From positions 1 through 64,000 of the forward strand of contig CAJWLU010000019.1 of the NCBI GenBank assembly GCA_913043225.1: a stretch of DNA of 64,000 nucleotides. Direction: 5' to 3'. Made by a program: the position numbers and the translations under genes. A model generated the notes under the pieces. It was not told where the DNA came from, ran no database searches, and was given only the letters and a program-made list of their open reading frames with translations. Positions 56,897-64,000 of this stretch are shown here, one piece after another. Position 1 is the first letter of the stretch. Every line of letters begins with the position of its first letter. This DNA is from an uncultured Acidobacteriota bacterium. Lineage in GTDB: Bacteria > Acidobacteriota > Vicinamibacteria > Vicinamibacterales > UBA8438.

Positions 56897-58342
56897 ATGC
56901 CAACGAACCAGAAGCGCACACCAGCGCCCGAGTCTGCCGATACGGCTGTCGCCGCGGAGAGCGAGCCCACCCCCGCCAAGGCAACCAAGGACACGAACAA
57001 CGCCCCCGAGGCCAGTGTCGCTCCCGAGCAAAAGGCAGCTCACGAACAGAAGAGTAAATCCGGTAAGAACCGAAGGCCCGCCGAGGGACTGAATATTGGC
57101 GAACTCAAAGAGATGAGCATCGCCAAGCTTACGCAGATCGCCAAAGACAAGAACGTGGCGGGTGCGACCGGCATGCGAAAGCAGGAGCTGATTTTCCAGA
57201 TCCTGAAGGCGCAGACCGAACAGAGCGGGTTTATCTTTTCGGAGGGCGTCCTTGAGGTGCTCCCTGACGGGTTCGGATTCCTTCGGGCGCCCGACTACAA
57301 CTACCTTCCCGGCCCGGACGACATCTATGTCTCGCCTTCTCAGATCCGGAAATTCGATCTGCAGACCGGGGACACGGTCTCCGGTCAGATTCGCCCCCCA
57401 AAGGAGGGTGAGCGCTACTTCGCTCTGATCAAGGTTGAGGCGGTTAACTTCGAATCTCCAGGGGCGGTCAAAGACAAACTCTTCTTTGAGAACCTAACCC
57501 CCCTCTATCCCGAGGAGCGGGTCAACCTAGAGACCACGCCGGACAACCTGTCCGCTCGGGTCATGGACCTGATGACGCCGATCGGCAAAGGACAGCGAGG
57601 CCTTATCGTCGCTGCGCCTCGCACCGGTAAAACGATGCTGCTGCAGTCCATCGCGCAGTCGATCGCCGCCAATCACTCCGAGGTCTATTTGATCGTCCTG
57701 CTGATCGACGAACGCCCGGAAGAGGTGACCGACATGCAGCGCTCGGTCAACGGCGAGGTGATTTCTTCGACCTTCGACGAACCAGCCCAGCGTCACGTCC
57801 AGGTTGCCGAGATGGTCATCGAGAAGGCCAAGCGCCTGGTCGAGCACAAGAAGGACGTGTTCATCGTGCTCGATTCGATTACCCGCTTGGCGCGCGCCTA
57901 CAACACCGTGATTCCGCCGTCAGGCAAGGTCCTGTCCGGCGGTCTCGACTCAAGCGCTCTGCAGAAACCGAAGCGATTCTTTGGAGCAGCCCGAAACATC
58001 GAAGAGGGCGGGTCCTTGACCATCATGGCTACGGCCCTGGTCGATACTGGCTCCCGGATGGATGATGTGATTTTCGAAGAATTTAAGGGCACCGGCAACA
58101 TGGAGATCCACTTGGACCGCAAGCTGGTGGACAAGCGGGTGTTCCCGGCCATCGACATTCAGAAGAGCGGCACCCGGAAAGAAGAGCTCCTGCTGAGCCC
58201 AGAGGACTTGAATCGGGTGTGGGTCTTACGCAAGGTCCTGAATCCGCTTGATGCGGTGCAATCGATGGAGCTCCTACGTGACCGGATGGCGAAGACCCCG
58301 AACAACCAGGAATTCCTTGCCTCGATGCAAAAGATGGGCTAG
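56897..58342 (+). CDS. rho: Transcription termination factor Rho
   Basis: [42 protein letters not shown]. Confidence 0.98.
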   Translation: MPTNQKRTPAPESADTAVAAESEPTPAKATKDTNNAPEASVAPEQKAAHEQKSKSGKNRRPAEGLNIGELKEMSIAKLTQIAKDKNVAGATGMRKQELIFQILKAQTEQSGFIFSEGVLEVLPDGFGFLRAPDYNYLPGPDDIYVSPSQIRKFDLQTGDTVSGQIRPPKEGERYFALIKVEAVNFESPGAVKDKLFFENLTPLYPEERVNLETTPDNLSARVMDLMTPIGKGQRGLIVAAPRTGKTMLLQSIAQSIAANHSEVYLIVLLIDERPEEVTDMQRSVNGEVISSTFDEPAQRHVQVAEMVIEKAKRLVEHKKDVFIVLDSITRLARAYNTVIPPSGKVLSGGLDSSALQKPKRFFGAARNIEEGGSLTIMATALVDTGSRMDDVIFEEFKGTGNMEIHLDRKLVDKRVFPAIDIQKSGTRKEELLLSPEDLNRVWVLRKVLNPLDAVQSMELLRDRMAKTPNNQEFLASMQKMG

Positions 58343-58347
58343 CCGCG

Positions 58348-58551
58348 GTGGCAACTATCAAGGTTCGCCAGGACGGCCCCCTTCTCGTGGATGGTGACGA
58401 GGTGATGGTGGTCGACTCCGAGGGACGTCCCTACTCGATTGACCGCCGCCCCTTCGTGCTCTGTCGATGTGGAGCCTCCGAGGCCCGTCCATTCTGCGAC
58501 GGCAGTCACCGGCGCATCGGCTTCACGTCCAAGGAACCGGCTTCCGAATAG
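58348..58551 (+). CDS. CDGSH iron-sulfur domain protein
   Basis: LCRCGAS..RPFCDGSH. Confidence 0.93.
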   Translation: MATIKVRQDGPLLVDGDEVMVVDSEGRPYSIDRRPFVLCRCGASEARPFCDGSHRRIGFTSKEPASE

Positions 58552-58570
58552 GCCAGGCCCGCACCTCGAC

Positions 58571-61174
58571 TCAGGCCTGGACCGTGGCCTCGGCCGAGAA
58601 CGCGATGGTACCGTCGCGTACGTCCACGTCGATCTGCGCGCCGTCGACAAACCGTCCTTCGAGCATCTCCACTGCCAGCGGATCGAGCACTAAGCGCTGC
58701 AGCGTACGCCGAAGCGGCCGAGCTCCGTAGGCTGGGTCGAACCCCACCTCGGACAGTAGCTCGAGCGAGGCAGGGGAGAGCGTAATCCCGATGCGTCGAC
58801 TCGCCAGCCGCCGGGCCAAGGCCTTTAGCTGGATCTCCACGATCTCGCGTATATGCTCTCGTCCTAGCGCGTGGAAGAAGATCACATCATCGATCCGGTT
58901 TAGGAACTCCGGTCGGAAGTGCTCCCGCAACTTCTCGGAGACCTGACGGCGCACTCCCTCCTCCAGGGCCCTCCCGGGGATAATCTGATCGGCGATGAAC
59001 TGGCTGCCCACATTCGACGTCATGATCACCACGACGTTCTTGAAGTCGACCGTCCGCCCTTTGCCGTCGGTTAGCTGGCCGTCGTCCAGCAGCTGGAGCA
59101 TCACATTGAGCACGTCGGGGCATGCCTTCTCGATCTCGTCGAACAGGACCACCGAATATGGACGCCTCCGCACCGCCTCCGTAAGCTGACCCGACTCGTC
59201 ATAGCCTACGTAGCCGGGCGGCGCCCCAATCATCCTGGAGACCGTGTGCTTCTCCTGGTACTCGGACATGTCGATCCGAATCATCGCCCGTTCATCGTCG
59301 AACAGGAACTCCGCCAGAGCTTTCGCCAGCTCGGTCTTTCCAACGCCCGTCGGCCCAAGGAAGATGAAACTGCCGAGCGGACGAGCCGGGTCTTGTAGCC
59401 CCGCCCGAGCGCGCCGGATCGCATTCGACACAGAATCGATCGCCTCATCCTGTCCGATGACACGTTCGTGCAGCCGCCGCTGCATCTTAAGCAGCTTCTC
59501 GATCTCGCCTTCCACGAGCCGACCGACAGGGATCTTGGTCCAGCGGCTGACCAGTTTCGCGATGTCGTCCTCGTCGACCAATTCCTTAACCATCCGGTTG
59601 GCTCCGCCGACCTCCTCGGCGGGCGCAGCCTCCAGCTGCCGCTCAAGCTCGGGAAGCCGACCGTATTGCAGCTCCGAGGCCTTAGCGTAGTCGCCGTGCC
59701 GTTGCGCCCGCTCCATCGCCAGCCTCACCTGTTCCAACTCTTCGGCGAGGCAACCTCTGGACTGGATAGCCGCCTTCTCCTCCTGCCACTGCACCTTAAG
59801 GCGCGTTCGCGCTTCCTTGCGTTCGGCGAGTTCGCGGTCCAGACGCTCTAGTCGCGTCAGGGACACCTCGTCTTTCTCCTTCCGGAGCGCCTCCCGCTCG
59901 ATCTCGAGTTGCATGATGCGTCGCTCGGCCTCGTCGAGCTCGATCGGCATCGAGTCAATCTCGGTCCGCAGCTTCGACGCTGCCTCATCGATCAGATCGA
60001 TCGCTTTGTCCGGAAGGAAGCGGTCGACAAGATACCGGTCAGAAAGCACGGCCGCCGCCACGAGTGCCGCGTCCTTGAACTGCACGCCGTGATGGATCTC
60101 GTAGCGTTCCCTAAGCCCGCGGAGCACGCTGATGGTGTCCTCGACGGTCGGTTCGGTAACCAGCACCGGCTGAAATCGGCGTTCAAGCGCAGCGTCCTTC
60201 TCAATGTGCTTCCGATACTCATCGAGGGTGGTGGCCCCAATCGTGTGCAACTCGCCACGAGCCAGCATCGGCTTAAGCAGGTTCGAGGCATCAATCGCGC
60301 CTTCCGCCGCACCGGCCCCCACGACGGTGTGCAATTCATCGATGAACAAGACGATGCGCCCCTCGGAGCCGCCGACCTCTTGGAGCACCGCCTTTAGACG
60401 CTCCTCAAATTCACCGCGATACTTCGCACCGGCCACGAGGGCGCCCAGGTCTAGGCTGATGATCCGTTTGTCACTAAGCCCATCGGGCACGTCACCTCGC
60501 GCGATCCGACGGGCGAGCCCTTCGACAATCGCGGTCTTGCCGACTCCGGGCTCACCAATTAGCACCGGGTTGTTCTTCGTCCTCCGGGACAGTACCTGGA
60601 CGATCCGCCTAATCTCCTCGTCACGGCCGATCACCGGATCGAGCTTGTCCTCGGCCGCAAGTACCGTGAGATCATGCCCGTAGCGCTCGAGCGCCTCGTA
60701 CTTGCCCTCCGGGCGCTGGTCCGTTACCCGCTGGCTCCCCCTAAGCTTGGCCAGGACTTCCATGACTCGCTGAGTGGTCGCCCCTTGCGCCGCGAGCGCC
60801 GCGGCGGCCGGGGAGGCGTCCTTTTCGAGACTCAAGGCGATCAGCAGATGCTCCGTGCTGACATACTCGTCTTGCATCCGCCCGGCCTCGCGTTCCGCCA
60901 CACTCGCCACCGCTCGTAATCGCGGCGAGGCCCCCACCTCAGCTCCTCCTTCCACGCTCGGAAGCCGCTCCAGCGCCATACGGGCCTCTGAGGTAACCGC
61001 TTTCGGGTCCGCCCCCAGTCGGGCCAGCACTCTCGGCACCACGCCCTCGGGCTGTTCGACCAGGGCCACTACAAGGTGCTCTGGCTCGATCTGCGGATGC
61101 TTAACCCGCTCGGCCAGCTCCTGCGCGCCGACCACCGCCTCCTGTGCTTTCTCTGTGTATCGCGTGAGATTCAT
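58571..61174 (-). CDS. clpB: Chaperone ClpB
   Basis: Two AAA+ modules ([16 protein letters not shown]), coiled-coil middle domain, GYVG. Confidence 0.97.
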   Translation of the reverse strand: MNLTRYTEKAQEAVVGAQELAERVKHPQIEPEHLVVALVEQPEGVVPRVLARLGADPKAVTSEARMALERLPSVEGGAEVGASPRLRAVASVAEREAGRMQDEYVSTEHLLIALSLEKDASPAAAALAAQGATTQRVMEVLAKLRGSQRVTDQRPEGKYEALERYGHDLTVLAAEDKLDPVIGRDEEIRRIVQVLSRRTKNNPVLIGEPGVGKTAIVEGLARRIARGDVPDGLSDKRIISLDLGALVAGAKYRGEFEERLKAVLQEVGGSEGRIVLFIDELHTVVGAGAAEGAIDASNLLKPMLARGELHTIGATTLDEYRKHIEKDAALERRFQPVLVTEPTVEDTISVLRGLRERYEIHHGVQFKDAALVAAAVLSDRYLVDRFLPDKAIDLIDEAASKLRTEIDSMPIELDEAERRIMQLEIEREALRKEKDEVSLTRLERLDRELAERKEARTRLKVQWQEEKAAIQSRGCLAEELEQVRLAMERAQRHGDYAKASELQYGRLPELERQLEAAPAEEVGGANRMVKELVDEDDIAKLVSRWTKIPVGRLVEGEIEKLLKMQRRLHERVIGQDEAIDSVSNAIRRARAGLQDPARPLGSFIFLGPTGVGKTELAKALAEFLFDDERAMIRIDMSEYQEKHTVSRMIGAPPGYVGYDESGQLTEAVRRRPYSVVLFDEIEKACPDVLNVMLQLLDDGQLTDGKGRTVDFKNVVVIMTSNVGSQFIADQIIPGRALEEGVRRQVSEKLREHFRPEFLNRIDDVIFFHALGREHIREIVEIQLKALARRLASRRIGITLSPASLELLSEVGFDPAYGARPLRRTLQRLVLDPLAVEMLEGRFVDGAQIDVDVRDGTIAFSAEATVQA

Positions 61175-61192
61175 CGCACACTCCGTCCATCG

Positions 61193-62131
61193 TCAGGCGC
61201 GGCTCGCCTCGGCGGCGGCCAGTGCCTCATAGTGAGACCGTTCGTCTGGGGTTAACTCGGTCGGCACACGGAGCGCCACCGTGGCGTATAGGTCGCCACC
61301 TCGCCTAGGGGCTCCCAATGCTGGCATGCCGTGGCCTTTTAGACGAAACACCTGTCCGCTCTGGGTGGCCGCCGGCACCTTGAGCGTCAACGGAGCGCCT
61401 CCAAGACGAGGAACCTCGATCGTTCCGCCAAGCACGGCGGTCGTCACCGGCACCGCGACATCTGTGTAGAGATGCTGGCCACGCCGAGTGAAGCGCTCGT
61501 GGGGGACCAGTTCCACGCACAGCAGGAGATCGCCAGCCCTCCCTCCTGCGGTGCCCGGTTCGCCCTCGCCTGCCACCCGCACCTTCGATCCGTCGTCGAC
61601 GCCGGCCGGAATCTTCACTCGCACGCGCCGGCTCCGCCCGCCGGTCTCCAGCGAGAGATGTCGGCTGGACCCGAGGTAGGCCTCCTTGTAGGTCAACCGT
61701 ATCGGGTGCTCAACATCACGTCCTCGCCGAGGACCGACCGAACGGGGATCAAGACCTGGCCCGTCGGTGAAAAACATGTTGAAGAAATCAGAGAACCGCC
61801 CGTCACGGAACAGATCCTCATCGACCACGGTGCGATAGCCGCCGCCCTGCCCAACCCAGGGCGAGAAGGGACCACTCTGTGGCCCCGTGGCATCAGGTTG
61901 CCCGTACGTGCGCCAGCTCGCGCCAAGCTCGTCATACTTCCGCCGCTTGTCGGGGTCGCCGAGCACCTCGTGCGCCTCGTTGGCCTCCTTGAATCGGCGT
62001 TCCGCACCAGCGTCATCGGGATTCACGTCTGGATGGTGCTTGCGCGCCAGGGTCCGGAAGGCTCGCTTTATCTCGTCCTGCGAGGCCGACTTCGGTACCC
62101 CAAGCGTCTCGTAGTAGTCGCGAAAATCCAT
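61193..62131 (-). CDS. cbpA: Class B DnaJ protein (CbpA-like, no Zn finger)
   Basis: J-domain DYYETLGV...HPD; G/F region; C-terminal domain. Confidence 0.85.
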   Translation of the reverse strand: MDFRDYYETLGVPKSASQDEIKRAFRTLARKHHPDVNPDDAGAERRFKEANEAHEVLGDPDKRRKYDELGASWRTYGQPDATGPQSGPFSPWVGQGGGYRTVVDEDLFRDGRFSDFFNMFFTDGPGLDPRSVGPRRGRDVEHPIRLTYKEAYLGSSRHLSLETGGRSRRVRVKIPAGVDDGSKVRVAGEGEPGTAGGRAGDLLLCVELVPHERFTRRGQHLYTDVAVPVTTAVLGGTIEVPRLGGAPLTLKVPAATQSGQVFRLKGHGMPALGAPRRGGDLYATVALRVPTELTPDERSHYEALAAAEASRA

Positions 62132-62137
62132 AAAGGT

Positions 62138-62476
62138 CTACAGTTCTAGAAGCCGGGTCAGACGATTTACCTCGCGGACGAGCTGACGTCGCCCGGCGCG
62201 GCGGTCAAGTACGTCCTCATGCATTAGCGGACGCATTCGTTGCACAACGTCCGAGACCGACAAGAGCTGCTGCACGCCGGCTAGGTTGACGCCGAGGTCG
62301 TCGACCAACCGCTTGATCAGCCTGAGCCGATCGAGCTCCTCAGACGAATAGACGCGCATGCTGCCGACTGTTCGGGCAGGACGGACCAGCCCGAGACGCT
62401 CGTACTTTCGCAAGGTCTGTGGGTGCATACCCAAGGTCCGCGCTGCCACACTGATGAATACAATTTCCTCTGCCAC
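62138..62476 (-). CDS. hspR: Heat-shock repressor HspR (MerR family)
   Basis: ISVAA..LGMHPQTLRKYER.GLV.P.R..G..R.YS...LGVNLAGV; first gene of the cbpA-clpB operon. Confidence 0.88.
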   Translation of the reverse strand: MAEEIVFISVAARTLGMHPQTLRKYERLGLVRPARTVGSMRVYSSEELDRLRLIKRLVDDLGVNLAGVQQLLSVSDVVQRMRPLMHEDVLDRRAGRRQLVREVNRLTRLLEL

Positions 62477-62544
62477 CGAGTTCTCCCTCCGGTCCAGCGC
62501 TGCTTCGCGCTGAATTCGATTGTTTAGTCGACCCAGACCTATAT

Positions 62545-62565
62545 CTTGATACGAATTGTATCAAG
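62545..62565. promoter_or_regulatory. HAIR-like HspR operator (variant)
   Basis: Perfect inverted repeat CTTGATAC-gaatt-GTATCAAG (CTTGATA-N7-TATCAAG) upstream of hspR. Confidence 0.75.
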
Positions 62566-62596
62566 TACTTGTTCCCTTGGGATACACTGCCGCGCC

Positions 62597-64000
62597 ATGA
62601 CGGGTCGCGAGACCTTCACGTCCAGATGGGGCCTAATTCTGGCTGGGTTAGGCATGGCGATCGGCGCAGGCAACTTGTGGCGGTTTCCGCGCATCGCGGC
62701 CCAGAACGGCGGAGCCGCCTTCCTTATTCCGTGGCTCATCTTCCTGTTCCTCTGGTCGCTTCCACTCCTGATCGCGGAGTTCGGGATAGGCCGCGGTGCA
62801 CGGCGGGGGGTCATCGGGGCATTCGCGGATCTCTTCGGCCGGCGCTATGCCTGGATGGGTGGGTTCATCGGCGTCACCAGCGTGATGATCTTGTTCCACT
62901 ACTCGGTGGTGACAGGCTGGACGCTTAATTACTTCGTAGCGGCCCTGTTCGGTCAGCTGGACGGAGTCGATACGGCCGCCTACTGGACCGACTACAGCCG
63001 CTCTGTGTGGCAACCCCTCGGGTTACATGCGGTCTCGGTCGGGCTCGCTGGACTCATCATCGCGCGGGGCGTCGTGCACGGGATCGAGCGGGCGAACCGG
63101 ATCCTTATCCCGATCCTGCTGGGTCTGCTGATCGTGGCCGTGATCCGATCGGTGACGCTGCCTGGTGCAGGGGAGGGGCTGGGGTTCCTGTTCGCTCCTG
63201 ATCTTTCCCGCCTCGCAGACTCTCGCACCTGGCTCGAGGCACTGACGCAGTCCGCCTGGTCGACCGGCGCGGGGTGGGGATTGATCCTGACCTACGCCAT
63301 CTACATGCGACGAGACGACGATCTGGTGGTCAACGCGGCCGCCATCGGATTCGGCAACAACACTGCCTCCCTTCTTGCCGGCATCGCGATTGTCCCCACC
63401 GCTTTCGCGATCCTGTCGGAAAGCGACGCGCTCAACGCGATGGCGGCGGGCAATACGGGGCTGACCTTCATCTGGATACCCGAACTCTTCGGCCGGATGC
63501 CGTTGGGAGAGTTCGTCATGCCGCTCTTTTTCCTGGCCTTGTTCTGTGCGGCACTGTCGTCGCTCATCGCAATGGTGGAACTAGCCACCCGGATCCTGAT
63601 GGACACCGGGACGACACGGAAACGGGCCGTTCAGGTAGTGGTAGCGGCCACAATTGTGTGCGGTGCCCCGTCCGCGATCAGCCCAACGGTGTTCGATAAT
63701 CAGGACTGGGTATGGGGACTCGCCCTGATGATCAGTGGCCTATTCGTCGCGCTTGGCGTGACACGCTACGGCGCATCCCGGTTTCGAGATGCCTTCATCA
63801 ACATTCCTGGGAACGATTTGAATCTGGGGCACGGGTACGACTGGGTCATTCGGTTTCTGATTCCAATCGAGTTCGTCTTCATGTTCGGATGGTGGGTCTA
63901 CCAGGCCGTCACGGTCCTCGACCCGACAGGCTGGTGGCTGCCGCACCGACCGCTGTCCCTCGGGACCTGTCTGCTGCAGTGGGGCATCGCCCTGGCGCTG
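62597..64000 (+). CDS. Sodium-dependent transporter, NSS/SNF family (runs off window end)
   Basis: Own translation: MTGRETFTSRWGLILAGLGMAIGAGNLWRFPRIAAQNGGAAFLIPW...GIERAN...W.EALTQSAWS. Confidence 0.93.
   Translation, partial: MTGRETFTSRWGLILAGLGMAIGAGNLWRFPRIAAQNGGAAFLIPWLIFLFLWSLPLLIAEFGIGRGARRGVIGAFADLFGRRYAWMGGFIGVTSVMILFHYSVVTGWTLNYFVAALFGQLDGVDTAAYWTDYSRSVWQPLGLHAVSVGLAGLIIARGVVHGIERANRILIPILLGLLIVAVIRSVTLPGAGEGLGFLFAPDLSRLADSRTWLEALTQSAWSTGAGWGLILTYAIYMRRDDDLVVNAAAIGFGNNTASLLAGIAIVPTAFAILSESDALNAMAAGNTGLTFIWIPELFGRMPLGEFVMPLFFLALFCAALSSLIAMVELATRILMDTGTTRKRAVQVVVAATIVCGAPSAISPTVFDNQDWVWGLALMISGLFVALGVTRYGASRFRDAFINIPGNDLNLGHGYDWVIRFLIPIEFVFMFGWWVYQAVTVLDPTGWWLPHRPLSLGTCLLQWGIALAL

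Noticed and set aside
1..64000. CRISPR arrays, rRNA, intact transposases/integrases, defence systems
   Set aside because: No regularly spaced repeats or diagnostic motifs seen.

Overview
GC-rich bacterial chromosome window, most consistent with an Acidobacteriota (Vicinamibacteria-like) genome. That assignment is inferred from gene content and a GTTC-N7-GTTC-type LexA box. Bases 1-6.9 kb are an accessory region downstream of tRNA-Gly(CCC): a phoD-like start, a tRNA-Pro 3' remnant (att-like) with arm-type repeats, small hypothetical genes, a PQQ sugar dehydrogenase, a B12 radical SAM enzyme and a bactofilin. The rest is mostly core genes: PMM, NDP-sugar pyrophosphorylase, pgsA; def-fmt-rsmB-PASTA-rpe-thioesterase-bamD; an S55 peptidase/beta-propeller/TPR/SpmAB cluster; an aromatic amino-acid superoperon (aroD-aroE fusion, trpEGDCFBA, chorismate mutase, aroF remnant, tyrA); pepA; lexA, nth, rsmA, rnj, ftsK, amidase; pfkB, recG, rsmD, coaD, aminotransferase; rhlE; a small accessory patch with an integrase remnant; an ArnT-like GT; rho; hspR-cbpA-clpB; and an NSS transporter. 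The most notable items are not in the ORF track or not labelled there: a Trp/Tyr/Phe leader-peptide attenuator, repeated in-frame 'hollowed-out' genes that keep both ends, a variant HAIR operator, a LexA box inside the lexA promoter, widespread leaderless-type promoters and two unexplained structured intergenic regions. No CRISPR array, rRNA or intact mobile element was seen. All calls come from motif recognition by eye, with no database searches.
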